DNA of 64,000 bases from Halieaceae bacterium UBA6060 (GCA_002428935.1 DIYG01000026.1:20946-84945), one strand, 5' to 3'; numbered from the stretch's first letter, positions 47,584 to 58,384 are shown. Program-made: numbers and translations. The notes: generated by a model not told the origin, from the sequence alone.

Positions 47584-50079
47584 ATGAACACGCCTCGTAG
47601 ATCCAAGCCCTTCGCCACTGCGATCGTCTGTGGTCTAACGGTATCCACGTTCGCCGAAGCGCAAACCTCCGGCGCTATCGAGGAAACCGTAGTTTTCGCG
47701 ACCTCCATCAAGCAATCTGAAGCTTCCGCCATTTTGACCAAGCGCGAGGCGCTGAACGTCGTAGACGCAATCTCCGCGGACACTATCGGGCGCTTTCCCG
47801 ATCAAAATCTCGCCGATTCCCTTGCCCGTGTTCCCGGCATTGCCATCGAAAGGGATCAGGGCCAAGCAAGGTACGTCAATCTCCGCGGCGCGCCATTTCG
47901 CTACACAGCCATCGGCTTTGATGGTATCGACGTCCCAGGCGCTGAGAACGGTCGTATTCCCCGTTTTGACAGCTTCCCTGCGGTCATCACCCGCCAGCTA
48001 AAGGTCAACAAGGCCGTAATGGCCAACATGCCCGGCGAGGCCGTGTCAGGCTTCATCGACATCGAAACCCATAGCCCCTTCGACCAGGAGGGCTGGGGAG
48101 CAGCCGTGGACTTTGGCTTGGGTGAGCAGGATCTCGGCGGTGGCGACGTGGAGCGCGGCGCCCTTCGCTTGAGTTGGTCCGGCGAGCGCTTTGGTGTGTT
48201 GGGTTTTTACTCCGAGAACAGCCGAGAGCAGACTACCGACAACCGCGAATTCGAATTTGGCCTTAGCGATGATGGAACGCCCATCCCAGTAAGTGTCGAC
48301 TTTCGTAACTACGAAATAACCCGATCGGATCAAGCCTACGGCGGCACCCTGGAATACCGGGATGAGGGAGCTATCTCACGGGTCTACTTCACAACGCTTT
48401 ACTCCGAGTTCACCGATGAAGAACAGCGCAATCAATTTGTTTTTGACTTCCTGGCGCCGCAACCGGGCTTGACCGCAGAGGGGGCTCCACTTTCCGTGAG
48501 TCGTGTGCTCCAGGACGGTGTTTACGAGAACAGCACGTTTACCAATACATTAGGCATCGAATTCGAAGTCGCCGGCTTCGACGTTCATGCCGCGTACAAC
48601 TACACGGAAACGGAATTTCTGCAGAACCTTCCCCTGCCCTTCGAGACGGCAGGTTTTGCGGCGGTTGTTAATGACACTCCCGTCCCATTCCTCGGGGATT
48701 ACGACTTCAGAAGCCAGACCGATCCCAAGTTATTCCTCAGTTCACCACTAGCCCCCGGAGCGTCCGCGGACCCGGCTGACGCAGTGTTTCTTGCCCAGCT
48801 GGGCATCGTCGTCTTCAACCCTCTGGATCAGGAGATCGATAAGTTCAAGCTCGACATAAATCGTGAAATAAGTGCGGCATCGAGTATCGATTTCGGCTTA
48901 CAGCTTGATCAGCGCGAAGCCGTGGGAGGCTCACTCAATCAGGCGGTCTTGCCGTTCCCAACGGACTCCGTGAACATCAACGACTTCAACACGGGTCGAC
49001 TCTGGCGATCGAATCTCACCAACACCATTGGTGGCACCTACTATGACAATGCGGGGCTCAATCAGGCGTGGCGCGACACACCGCTCTATCCATCGAACGA
49101 AATACCGCCAAACCTGAGGGTCAATATCAACGAGGACATCCTCGCGCTGTATGGCATGTACACGCAGCAGTTTCCCTGGGGAAGTGTGGTGCTCGGGCTA
49201 CGGGTTGAACAGACCGATGTGGAAAATCAGGGCCTGGACGGACTCGTTATCGAAGATGACTTCACCAACTGGTTACCCAATGCGCATCTCAACTACAGCT
49301 TTACCGAAGATCTTCGACTCCGGGTTTCGGCCAGCTCAGGGGTGAATCGACCCACCTACAATGAATGGCGCGCCACCGCGGCCATCGATCCCATCGAAAT
49401 GGAAATCCGTGGTGGGAACCCCAGGCTCGAAGCGGAAGAGTCCTATGGGGTTGATGTGTCCCTAGAGTACTACCTTGAGAACGGTGGCCTGCTCTCTGCC
49501 GCTTACTTTTATCGTGTCGTCGACAACGTCATCTACGCAGATTCCGCTCCCGTAAACGGTGGGATATTTGATCCGGCCTTGGCCGATCAGGATTTCACTT
49601 ACATCGGTTTCCTCAATGGCGATGACGGGGAGTTCACGGGCATTGAACTCAACGCGGTGTACTTTGCCGACGCGTTGTTGCCCGGACTCGGGGTAAGCGC
49701 GAACGTCACCCTGGCCGATTCAGAGTTTACCCAGCAGAACGGTGAGACTCAGGGATTGCCCGGCACCTCAGACATGATCTACAACGTCGCCCTCTTCTAC
49801 GAGAACTTTGGATTCTCCGCCCGCCTTAACTATAGCTGGCGCGACGAATGGATCTCACCCATCGAAGATCCCGAGGAAGTGTGGGGCGAGATGGAACGCC
49901 TGGATGCTCAAATCAACTACACCCTGCCCTTTGACCTTTCTGGCGCCGAAGCGAGTGTCTACGCCAGTTTCAACAACCTAACCGATGAAACCGATGTGCG
50001 TTTTGCGGGAAATGGAACGATTAATCAGGCAGAGAGCTTTGGATTTCACTACTTACTCGGTGTCCGCCTGAACTACTAG
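47584..50079 (+). CDS. TonB-dependent receptor
   Basis: Signal peptide, DTIGRFPDQNLADSLARVPGI..ERDQGQARYV.LRG plug motif, aromatic C-terminus VRLNY. Confidence 0.93.
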   Translation: MNTPRRSKPFATAIVCGLTVSTFAEAQTSGAIEETVVFATSIKQSEASAILTKREALNVVDAISADTIGRFPDQNLADSLARVPGIAIERDQGQARYVNLRGAPFRYTAIGFDGIDVPGAENGRIPRFDSFPAVITRQLKVNKAVMANMPGEAVSGFIDIETHSPFDQEGWGAAVDFGLGEQDLGGGDVERGALRLSWSGERFGVLGFYSENSREQTTDNREFEFGLSDDGTPIPVSVDFRNYEITRSDQAYGGTLEYRDEGAISRVYFTTLYSEFTDEEQRNQFVFDFLAPQPGLTAEGAPLSVSRVLQDGVYENSTFTNTLGIEFEVAGFDVHAAYNYTETEFLQNLPLPFETAGFAAVVNDTPVPFLGDYDFRSQTDPKLFLSSPLAPGASADPADAVFLAQLGIVVFNPLDQEIDKFKLDINREISAASSIDFGLQLDQREAVGGSLNQAVLPFPTDSVNINDFNTGRLWRSNLTNTIGGTYYDNAGLNQAWRDTPLYPSNEIPPNLRVNINEDILALYGMYTQQFPWGSVVLGLRVEQTDVENQGLDGLVIEDDFTNWLPNAHLNYSFTEDLRLRVSASSGVNRPTYNEWRATAAIDPIEMEIRGGNPRLEAEESYGVDVSLEYYLENGGLLSAAYFYRVVDNVIYADSAPVNGGIFDPALADQDFTYIGFLNGDDGEFTGIELNAVYFADALLPGLGVSANVTLADSEFTQQNGETQGLPGTSDMIYNVALFYENFGFSARLNYSWRDEWISPIEDPEEVWGEMERLDAQINYTLPFDLSGAEASVYASFNNLTDETDVRFAGNGTINQAESFGFHYLLGVRLNY

Positions 50080-50151
50080 TTGACGGGTCCTGCGAGTAAC
50101 GGACTATCACCCCGGGCCGTGACCTACGGCCCGTTCGCTCAGGAAAACCTT

Positions 50152-51054
50152 ATGATCAGAATCATTGTATTGGCGTTGCTAACGTTCGTGACGCTGCCTT
50201 CCGTCGCGGATTCGTCTCCCGTTTCAACACCTGAGGCGGGCCAGACCGAAGCCAGTCTTTTAAGAAGCTATCGGCGACTTCTGCCTCTTGAAGGGGGCTC
50301 CAACTTCCGTGACCTGGGTGGCTACCCAACCAGGGACGGGCTGACCATACGGCGTGGCCAGCTGTTCCGCTCCGGTGCCATGGCCGGGCTCACCGCCGCC
50401 GATATGAACTACCTCAACGAGTTCGGTTTTCAAACCGTTGTGGATCTGCGTTCGGCGGAAGAGCTCGAGCTTTATCCCAACTCCTGGGTGACGCAGGCCG
50501 ACATTGACTATCTCTACCACGAGTACTCAATGATGGAGCTGATGAAACAGGCAAGCTCGCAGGGAGAGGCCATTCGCGGAGACTACAGTGCCATGTACCA
50601 ATACATGGCGGACATGCTGAAGCCGCAACTGCGCCTGTACTTTGATGCGCTCCTCGCTGGCAGCACTCCCCTGGTTGTGAACTGTTCCGCCGGCCAAGAT
50701 CGCACAGGAATAACAAGCGCCCTCCTTCTCGCGACACTGGGCGTGGAGCGAGAACTCATCTTTGAGGATTATCTGCTGTCCACGGACTTTCGCCGCCCGG
50801 GGAACGAAAAAGGGGATGTTGACCTGGAAGCCGCTGCAGACACCAACGCTTTTGCAGCCATGATGCTTAAGTACGCGGAACGACAGGACAGCGAACGGCC
50901 CAACCCCCTGGTGACCGCCGACGGAACTCCCTTCCTCGCGTTCACCTTCGCAGCCATAGAAACCCGTTACGGAAGTATCTCGAAGTACCTTGAGGACGAA
51001 ATCGGGGTAAGCCTGGCAGAACAGGCACAGCTTCGAGAGATGTATCTGGAGTAA
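50152..51054 (+). CDS. Exported PTP-like cysteine phosphatase (Y_phosphatase3 / IphP-like)
   Basis: NFRDLGGY, VVDLRS..E, CX5R loop NCSAGQDRTG and EDYLLS; signal peptide. Confidence 0.9.
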   Translation: MIRIIVLALLTFVTLPSVADSSPVSTPEAGQTEASLLRSYRRLLPLEGGSNFRDLGGYPTRDGLTIRRGQLFRSGAMAGLTAADMNYLNEFGFQTVVDLRSAEELELYPNSWVTQADIDYLYHEYSMMELMKQASSQGEAIRGDYSAMYQYMADMLKPQLRLYFDALLAGSTPLVVNCSAGQDRTGITSALLLATLGVERELIFEDYLLSTDFRRPGNEKGDVDLEAAADTNAFAAMMLKYAERQDSERPNPLVTADGTPFLAFTFAAIETRYGSISKYLEDEIGVSLAEQAQLREMYLE

Positions 51055-51076
51055 CGCGGGATTTAGGCGTAGGCGG

Positions 51077-51484
51077 CTAACGGGAGCGGCGATTCTCCGC
51101 AGAGTTTACCGTCTCGCCTCCGTTTTCTTTCCAGGACTGGTAGCCTCCATCGACATGTGCGACCGCCTCCAGCCCCATATCCTGAAGCGTCGCAGCGGCC
51201 AGCGCTGAACGCCAAGACGATCGGCAAAACAGCACCAGCTCTTTAGCCTCGCCCAAGGCCTCCTTGTAGTAGGGGCTATCCGGATCCACCCAGAATTCGA
51301 GCATACCTCGGGGGGCGTGAAAGGCGCCGGGGATCGTGCCCTCTCGCTCTAGTTCTCGGGCGTCACGGATGTCGACAAAGAGCACGTTCGAGTCATTCAG
51401 TTTGTCTTTGGCTTCGTCGATGCTCAGGCTGCGTACGCGGGCGTTCGCCTCAGCAACCAGTTGCCGGGAGGATTTCTTCAACAT
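51077..51484 (-). CDS. Rhodanese-like domain protein
   Basis: FVDIRD.REL.REG.IPGAFHAPRGMLEFWVDP and FCRSSWRS. Confidence 0.9.
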   Translation of the reverse strand: MLKKSSRQLVAEANARVRSLSIDEAKDKLNDSNVLFVDIRDARELEREGTIPGAFHAPRGMLEFWVDPDSPYYKEALGEAKELVLFCRSSWRSALAAATLQDMGLEAVAHVDGGYQSWKENGGETVNSAENRRSR

Positions 51485-51596
51485 TACCGGGTGCCCATGT
51501 TTTCGGGGTGGGATTCTAACGCAGCTTGAGCTGGCTGAGCGTATGCTCCTTGGTGCTAGAAAGAGCTGTTTCCCATGTGCCAAGAAAGCACCTTTT

Positions 51597-51625
51597 GGAG
51601 ATGGTGCCGACGAGAGGATTTGAAC
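51597..51625 (-). repeat. 29-bp direct repeat of the tRNA-Thr 3' end plus 5 flanking nt (att-like site)
   Basis: GGAGATGGTGCCGACGAGAGGATTTGAAC is identical at 51597-51625 and 54781-54809. Confidence 0.92.
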
Positions 51626-51712
51626 TACTGTATCCCTGAAGAGGGGCGCTTGCGGCGACACGTGGATTAAAGGACTTCCTCACTTGCGTTCGCTTAACCG
51701 ACGGTAGATTTG

Positions 51713-52366
51713 TTATGAGAGTATGTCACGAACAGATCGGGTTTTGGGCCTTAAGGCTGGAGCACCTATTGAGCCGTCTAAAATCCCCGCCTGAGAAAGT
51801 CGAGCATGAACAGCTTTCCTGTACCTTTCCTTTGGAACTCGCCACGCATAGTGAGGAATCTTTAGGACTCTGTTCTTTCCAGAAAACTGCCGTAGAAGAA
51901 TGTCCTCTACGTCGTTCCCAAAAGCGACCAGCGTACAAGAATCCGCGCCAATTCGCGAAAGCTCAGCACGAAGCCTGTCACAGTGCTCCAGCTCTTCCAC
52001 GGGGTGCTGCCGAAGATACTTCCTCATGTTTTGCGAGGATGGCTCCTTAAAGTCCTTTATTACATCTGTCATGTAGCCACCCCAAAGCGGGGTCCCTTCC
52101 AGTGCAAACCGCGCTTTATAGACCTCGCCGTTTTCACCGTGGAAGTTTGACAGCGGCATCTCTACATCGATAGTCGAGATGTTAAGTCCAACCATCACAA
52201 AGTTGGTGTGTAGTTGCCTCAGCACTAAACCATAGTTCGACTCATCAAAGACGGACAGATCTCCCATATTGCTCTTCGGACGCCCGTTTGCAGCGGGCCA
52301 TATTGCCCAGCTGGCAAAGAACCCAAATTCATCTCTGACAAGTTCAAAAATCTCTCTTGTTACCAA
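51713..52366 (-). CDS. Hypothetical protein, possibly uracil-DNA-glycosylase-like fold
   Basis: SWAIW, MVGLNIS, NFH, YMTDVIK, LVAFG and IPHYA; motif order resembles UDG-superfamily G.N and HPS elements. Confidence 0.6.
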   Translation of the reverse strand: MVTREIFELVRDEFGFFASWAIWPAANGRPKSNMGDLSVFDESNYGLVLRQLHTNFVMVGLNISTIDVEMPLSNFHGENGEVYKARFALEGTPLWGGYMTDVIKDFKEPSSQNMRKYLRQHPVEELEHCDRLRAELSRIGADSCTLVAFGNDVEDILLRQFSGKNRVLKIPHYAWRVPKERYRKAVHARLSQAGILDGSIGAPALRPKTRSVRDILS

Positions 52367-52978
52367 AGCCCAGCCCTCAAATGCGGATGCTTTTCAATAT
52401 CGGATGCCACTCTCTAAAACTCTCTGTTCATTGGTAGGTAACACTAATCCCACAGGATTCTCCACACCTCTAGCCTAGGTAGGTAAGTTATGAGTGGGCC
52501 ATGACTAACACCTAGTAAAACAGGCCTGTCATCTGCTCGGTAAGAATCAACGTAGCTGATCACCAGTACCAAGCCTTCTTTGTTCTGAGCGACTAGTGCT
52601 GAACTTTTCTGGATTCAAGCCAGTACTAGCGGCACAACGCGCCTCCTTATAACTCAGAAGCTACTTGAAGTGGTTTGCGGGCCTAAGGCGCGGGTCGGCA
52701 CGGAACACCTATGGCACACAGCAACGGCTGGGTTCTCATTCTAGCTAGGCGAAGTCTCTCTATGTTAAGCAGATGGATTGGCCTCGCCCCTTTTACTGAG
52801 CTATCACTCTTCAACGACTACGCCCGTCGTCAGGCTTGCTGTCGCCCTATAAGAGCAATATTCTCAGCAAGAGTTCGCCTGCTTCCATTAGAACCCGATG
52901 GGCAGCCTCGCCGCTGTTCGGAATGGATAGCTCTAGTGTTTTGCAGCCTGCTTGCCGCCTAGTGGTAGATATAAAAAT

Positions 52979-53990
52979 ATGTCTGAAGAATCGAATACGA
53001 GCACGCCAGCACTGTCGGCAGCTGTAATGTCAGCAGAAGATAGTCACTTCGTCGTCATACCCTGTGAACCCTCTGAATTCGGCGGTTTCGTTTCCGGCCT
53101 TCTTGGAAAGGCTCAAGTTATGAAGGGGGCCGTGGAGGGAGTGTTTGATGTTGGCTTCGAAGAAATTGAGAACGTCTTTCACCTGGTTGCCACTAGAGTA
53201 AAGGATCAAAATGAGGGGTCGCTAGCGCACTTTTCGATTACGGTGCACTACGATAATGGAACTTCAATCACGCATCATGACGTTTCGCAGTTTCGGAGCT
53301 ACAACCCTGTCGAATCGTGCCACCCTTTTGAGGTTGTGCTGAATTTTACGTACCTAATCAGCTTTCCCAATAAGTCATCTCCGGAAAAACAAGAGATCCA
53401 AGTGGCAATGGTTGCGGATAGTGACGCTGCCAGAAACCGCCGCAGACATTACACGGATGGTGCCTTTGAGTATGAAATTCACTACACAAATAGAACCTGG
53501 GCAACAGATATCGGCAGCCTACTCAAGAATCATGGCGAAAGATTCATTGAGCGAACAGCAAAACTGAAGCGTTTTTTCCGTCGATACAACGACATCTTTC
53601 TATCCACACTTAGCTCCGTAGTTTTAATTAACTAAAGTAATCATTGCCTGGGTGTTACACGCGTTTAACACATTCGGGAGTTATTCCCGACTTGATACGC
53701 TTTCGGGTGCGGAATTCGTTGAGTTACTTCGATTCACCGTGGGAGGGGTGGCAGTCTTAACCGTACTTGCGGTACTTCTTCGTTTAATAGTAAAAATCAC
53801 TGAATATCACATCTATCAAAGTCTAGATTCGTTCATTGTTTTGTCATCGTCTGACGAAGAGCGGCGTAAGAAGGTGAAGAAGAAGGTCTTTCGCAAGTGG
53901 GCCCTTATTGGCGCTACTTGGGCGTCAAGTATTATGGCCGGGCTCGTGGCTAACTACATAAATCATGCGGGGTACTTTTTACCCTCATAA
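52979..53990 (+). pseudogene. Frameshifted membrane protein (soluble N-domain plus C-terminal TM helices), split at about 53630
   Basis: Frame 1 stops at TAA 53633 inside a hydrophobic helix (LSSVVLI). Removing one base continues it as TKVIIAWVLHAFN into the 53652-53990 ORF. Confidence 0.65.
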
Positions 53991-54374
53991 ATTGAAAAGG
54001 CGGAACACGCGATACTATCCGAGCGACGTGCTCTCCAATAAATGCGGGCCGTACCTACCTCCTTCTCACGTTCTCTTTAGAATCCCTCGAAAACCCTTAG
54101 TCCCTCTGTGAGCGCTTACTACTTGTCGCCTCCGGAGCCACTCATAGCTGTCTCACCGACCCCAGCTAATACTAGGCGCATCATAGGTCATCAGCGACCT
54201 TGCGTGGCTTGCCCAGTGGTCGGAGCCCCAGCTGTTTCCGAATATAAAGAGACCCCAAACTTGCTTTTACGCTAGAGCAGTCTCACCCCAAGCCACCCCC
54301 GATCTCCTTGCGCTCCCCGAGGGTTGTGAGTATCGATAGATAGCTCACAGAATAGACCGAAGATATGGTTCACG

Positions 54375-54775
54375 AATTTCAGCAATAGCATAAAAGCGGT
54401 TCACAACAACGAGCGCCTCCACGAGGCCTTGAGAGGCTGGCACCCGGCGGAAGAGTATAGAACTTCAGCTTGCGAACACCGGCCGGCTGAGGTGCCCCAG
54501 TACCCGTTCTACGACAACACGGCGAAGGTGACGAAATGCAACCGTATCTGTATGGGGCGCCGCAAGATCAACCTCGGCGCGGTCTTTGCCGGCCAGTTCG
54601 TCGGGGCCAGGGAAGTCGCAGACGATGTCTGGACCGTCAGCTTCATGGAGTATGATCTGGGTTTATTCGACAGAACCGTTAACCGAGTAGAGCCCGTTGG
54701 GGGGGAACCCCTTCGCTCTGAAAGTGTTACCCACGTCCTCGGAATAAACTGTCACCGATGTGACGAGAATGGACC
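54375..54775 (+). mobile_element. IS481-family transposase C-terminal remnant with terminal repeats
   Basis: NNERLHEAL...PAEEY...VTKCNRICMGRRKINL..VFAGQ.VG.REV.DD.W.VSFM.YDLG. The native-looking end NPFALKVLPTSSE* follows a frameshift in the G7 run at 54699-54705. Tandem end repeats at 54725 and 54750. Confidence 0.8.
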
Positions 54776-54785
54776 CTTTGGGAGA

Positions 54786-54861
54786 TGGTGCCGACGAGAG
54801 GATTTGAACCTCCGACCCACGCATTACGAATGCGTTGCTCTACCAGCTGAGCTACGTCGGC
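54786..54861 (-). tRNA. tRNA-Thr (CGT)
   Basis: GCCGACGTAGCTCAGCTGGTAGAGCAACGCATTCGTAATGCGTGGGTCGGAGGTTCAAATCCTCTCGTCGGCACCA; 76 nt cloverleaf, anticodon CGT, encoded CCA. Confidence 0.97.
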
Positions 54862-54998
54862 GCGATGTCATTCGATGATGGTCGTTCGATATACGCGAGG
54901 GCGCGCATTCTAAATCCCCGCGCCGTAGGGCACAAGCATCGGCTAAACGCTCAGCAAATAGCTCTGGCGATAAAAGCCTTCGGAACCTCTAGAGAGCG

Positions 54999-55883
54999 TC
55001 ACCCTTCACCACCACGCTTACTAACCCATTGATAAAACGCCTGGTTGGCAACCGACAGTTTTCGATTTCTCCGCCTGGCCAACATCAGATCCACCTCCAA
55101 AGCAGGGCTAAGAGGAACAAAGCGAAGCTGCTGCTCTCGCTCCGCCATCAAGCGCAGGCCCAGAGTGGCTCCAACACCCTGTTGGGCCATGGCTATGAGC
55201 AAAGGAAGAAAATTCGTTTGCATACGCACATCAGGCCGGATTCCTTCCGCTTCACAGCTGCGCAAAAACAGATCACGAATGTAATACCCGGATTCGTACA
55301 TCAGCAATGGCAGCCCGTGGAGATCCTGAATACGCAGAAAACGGCGCCGCGCCAAGGGATGATCGGGATGGAGAGCGACGCAAAGCTTCTCTTTCAGTAG
55401 AGGCAAAAAGCCTAACTCAGCGTCATCCGGTTGAGGCTTCCCTGCGATGACCCCTAACTCCAATTCGCCCTGCCGAAGACGGTGTTCGACATCCTGGGTA
55501 CCAAGCTGGGTAACACTCGCCGTCAACTGCGGTTCCCTGCGTAAAAACGCGCCCAGGAGATCCGGGAGATGGTAAGTCGCGACCATCGACGGGCAGGCGA
55601 TGCTTACCTGTCCTGAAAGCAAGCCTTTGAGGCTATGCATATCATCCTGCAAGGCCGCTACATCGGCCAACACCCGATCAGCATGAGCAAGTAGCCGCTG
55701 CCCCTCCACGGTAAGCCATGCGGTAGATGACCCACGATCGATAAGACACAAACCCAGTTCGGCTTCGAGTTTTTGCACAGCGATGCTTACGGCGGGCTGT
55801 GCCATATCGAGCTCCCGCGCCGCCGCACTGAATCCCCCATGTTTTGCCACGGAAGCAAAGATTTCGAGCTTACGCAGATCCAT
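54999..55883 (-). CDS. LysR family regulator, probably GcdR-like
   Basis: MDLRKLEIFASVAKHGGFSAAAREL..AQPAVS; divergent from glutaryl-CoA dehydrogenase. Confidence 0.9.
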   Translation of the reverse strand: MDLRKLEIFASVAKHGGFSAAARELDMAQPAVSIAVQKLEAELGLCLIDRGSSTAWLTVEGQRLLAHADRVLADVAALQDDMHSLKGLLSGQVSIACPSMVATYHLPDLLGAFLRREPQLTASVTQLGTQDVEHRLRQGELELGVIAGKPQPDDAELGFLPLLKEKLCVALHPDHPLARRRFLRIQDLHGLPLLMYESGYYIRDLFLRSCEAEGIRPDVRMQTNFLPLLIAMAQQGVGATLGLRLMAEREQQLRFVPLSPALEVDLMLARRRNRKLSVANQAFYQWVSKRGGEG

Positions 55884-55979
55884 ATTCTGAGAATATATAT
55901 TTCATATGTATCATATATTTTATCAATATATCTGTAATTGCTACTATCTAGACACTCACGTAATAGCAGAGCTATATCC
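55884..55979. promoter_or_regulatory. AT-rich divergent LysR/gcdH control region
   Basis: ATATAT...ATATG..CATAT...ATATAT dyads containing T-N11-A spacings. Confidence 0.55.
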
Positions 55980-57167
55980 ATGGCAGACAAACATTCCACC
56001 TGGACGAAACTTCGCTGGGAGGATCCTTTCCTCTTAGAGTCCCAGATCAACGACGAACAACGAATGGTCATGGATAGCGCCCGCTCCTATGCCCAGGAGC
56101 AGCTTCTTCCTAGAGTCAAAGTCGCGTTTCGCGAAGAGAGTACTGATACGGCCATCTTTACGGAGATGGGGCAACTCGGCTTACTGGGGTCGACCATATC
56201 GGGCTACGGTTGCCCAGGTGTGGACTACGTCTCCTACGGTCTTGTTGCTCGAGAAGTCGAACGAGTCGACTCGGGCTATCGTTCCATGATGAGCGTTCAG
56301 TCGTCGCTGGTCATGTATCCCATTTACGCCTACGGGAGCGAAGAACAGCGAGAGCGTTTCCTTCCAGCTCTGGCCCGCGGTGAGTCCATCGGTTGTTTCG
56401 GTCTCACGGAGCCAGACCACGGCTCAGATCCCGGCGGCATGATTACTCGGGCCCGCAGTTGCGACGGTGGTTACCGCCTGTCCGGGGCCAAGATGTGGAT
56501 CACCAACTCCCCTATTGCCGACGTGTTTGTGGTGTGGGCTAAAACCGATGACGATGTAATTCGGGGCTTTATCCTGACCGCAGACATGGACGGCCTATCG
56601 GCACCCAAGATCGAGGGCAAACATGCCCTACGAGCGTCCATTACGGGAGAAATCGTGATGGAGGACGTATTCGTCCCCGAAGCGAATCTTCTTCCCAATG
56701 TGCAAGGTCTGAAGGGACCTTTCGGCTGCCTTAACAACGCCCGCTATGGGATTGCCTGGGGAGCCCTGGGCGCCGCCGAGTCCTGCTGGCATGCAGCCCG
56801 GAACTACACCATGGAGCGCCATCAGTTTGGCCGTCCCCTGGCCGCAAACCAGCTAGTCCAACTTAAGCTCGCGGATATGCAAACGGAGATCGCCCTCGGT
56901 CTTCAGGGCTGCCTTCGCGCGGGGCAAATGATGGGAAGCGACGGTATTCCGCCAGAACTCATCTCCCTCATCAAACGCAATTCCTGTGGCAAGGCCCTGG
57001 AGATAGCACGGAAGGCTAGAGACATGCTTGGCGGCAACGGTATCTCCGACGAGTACCCGGTGATGCGCCATATGGTCAACCTTGAAGTGGTCAACACCTA
57101 TGAAGGCACTCATGACATTCACGCTTTGATATTAGGTCGCACACAAACGGATATCCCGGCCTTTTGA
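55980..57167 (+). CDS. gcdH: Glutaryl-CoA dehydrogenase
   Basis: [37 protein letters not shown] and [10 protein letters not shown]. Confidence 0.95.
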   Translation: MADKHSTWTKLRWEDPFLLESQINDEQRMVMDSARSYAQEQLLPRVKVAFREESTDTAIFTEMGQLGLLGSTISGYGCPGVDYVSYGLVAREVERVDSGYRSMMSVQSSLVMYPIYAYGSEEQRERFLPALARGESIGCFGLTEPDHGSDPGGMITRARSCDGGYRLSGAKMWITNSPIADVFVVWAKTDDDVIRGFILTADMDGLSAPKIEGKHALRASITGEIVMEDVFVPEANLLPNVQGLKGPFGCLNNARYGIAWGALGAAESCWHAARNYTMERHQFGRPLAANQLVQLKLADMQTEIALGLQGCLRAGQMMGSDGIPPELISLIKRNSCGKALEIARKARDMLGGNGISDEYPVMRHMVNLEVVNTYEGTHDIHALILGRTQTDIPAF

Positions 57168-58384
57168 CCATGGGCACCCTTGACGGACTGAAGGTTCTCG
57201 ACCTGTCGCGGATTCTTTCGGGGCCCTGGAGCGCCCAGCTCCTCGCGGACCTCGGTGCCGATGTAATAAAAGTCGAACAGCCGGAGCGTGGCGATGATAC
57301 GCGCGGCTGGGGGCCTCCCTTCGCCGAAGCACCGACTCAATCTACTGACGAGGGCTCGTCGAATCGCGAGGCCGCCTATTTCCTTTGCGCCAATCGTGGC
57401 AAGCGCTCTATCACCCTGGATTTCAAGCATGAGGACGGCCTTGCAGAAGTACGGCGTCTGGCCAGGGATTGCGACGTCCTCATAGAGAACTTTAAAGCCG
57501 GAGCCCTGACGCGCATGGGCCTGGGCTACGACACCCTGGCACAGGAAAATCCTGGATTGGTCTACTGCTCAATTACCGGTTTTGGACATACCGGACCCTA
57601 CCGCGACAAACCCGGCTACGACTTCCTGGTCCAGGCCATGGGAGGCCTGATGAGCGTTACTGGTGAGAGCGACGATCAACCCGGGGGCGGCCCGCAAAAA
57701 ATTGGTGTAGCCCTTTCGGATATTCTCACGGGCCTGTATGCAAGCACGGCGGTTTTGGCTGCCCTACGCGAGCGCGATAAATCGGGCAAAGGTCAGCACA
57801 TCGATCTCGCGCTACTGGACGTCACTACCGCCTGCCTGGCAAATCAGGCAAGCAATTACCTCATCGGCGGGGTTGTCCCCGAGCGCCTGGGGAACGCACA
57901 CCCTAACATCGTGCCTTATCAGTCCTTTTCCACGAGCGACGGTCACATGATCCTGGCCGTGGGTAACGATCAGCAGTTTGCCCGCTTTGCCACGGTCCTG
58001 GAGCGCCCTGAACTGGGTGAAGACCCTCGCTTTGCCACTAACGCCGCCCGTGTTGAACATCGACGGGAGCTCCTGGCAATCATCGAACCTCTTTTAAAAA
58101 CCCGCCCCAGTGCTGAATGGTTGCAGCGCTTTGCGGATGTCAACGTACCAGCGGGCCCTCTAAACACCATTGACCAGGTGTTTTCCGATCCCCAGGTGCT
58201 CGCACGAGACATGGTTGTTCCGATGACGCACGAAAGCCTTGGCGAACTCGCCCTGGTGGGGAACCCCATAAAGCTGTCGCGAACCCCGATTACCTACCAA
58301 AGGCCGCCACCCACCCTCGGCGAGCACAATCCCCGAGATCCATCGACGCGCACAAGTTGGCTAGATACTTCAACAGAGAGTTGA
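57164..58384 (+). CDS. Family III CoA transferase (CaiB/BaiF; likely succinyl-CoA:glutarate CoA-transferase)
   Basis: [38 protein letters not shown] and [12 protein letters not shown]; coupled to gcdH. Confidence 0.92.
   Translation: MTMGTLDGLKVLDLSRILSGPWSAQLLADLGADVIKVEQPERGDDTRGWGPPFAEAPTQSTDEGSSNREAAYFLCANRGKRSITLDFKHEDGLAEVRRLARDCDVLIENFKAGALTRMGLGYDTLAQENPGLVYCSITGFGHTGPYRDKPGYDFLVQAMGGLMSVTGESDDQPGGGPQKIGVALSDILTGLYASTAVLAALRERDKSGKGQHIDLALLDVTTACLANQASNYLIGGVVPERLGNAHPNIVPYQSFSTSDGHMILAVGNDQQFARFATVLERPELGEDPRFATNAARVEHRRELLAIIEPLLKTRPSAEWLQRFADVNVPAGPLNTIDQVFSDPQVLARDMVVPMTHESLGELALVGNPIKLSRTPITYQRPPPTLGEHNPRDPSTRTSWLDTSTES

Larger units (their letters stand above)
51626..54780. mobile_element. 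Degenerate ~3.2 kb genomic islet at tRNA-Thr (no integrase seen)
   Basis: Bounded by the tRNA-end duplication; visibly more AT-rich than the flanks; carries orphan ORFs, a frameshifted gene and an IS remnant. Confidence 0.8.

Noticed and set aside
52400-52950. Possible integron attC sites or a GGTAGGTA repeat motif in the islet
   Set aside because: No convincing RYYYAAC...GTTRRRY palindromes and no integron integrase. The short motif occurs only two or three times at irregular spacing.
54748-54878. IS481 ORF apparently running through the tRNA
   Set aside because: Artefact of the G-run frameshift. The transposase-like C-terminus ends at TAA 54745-54747 in another frame.
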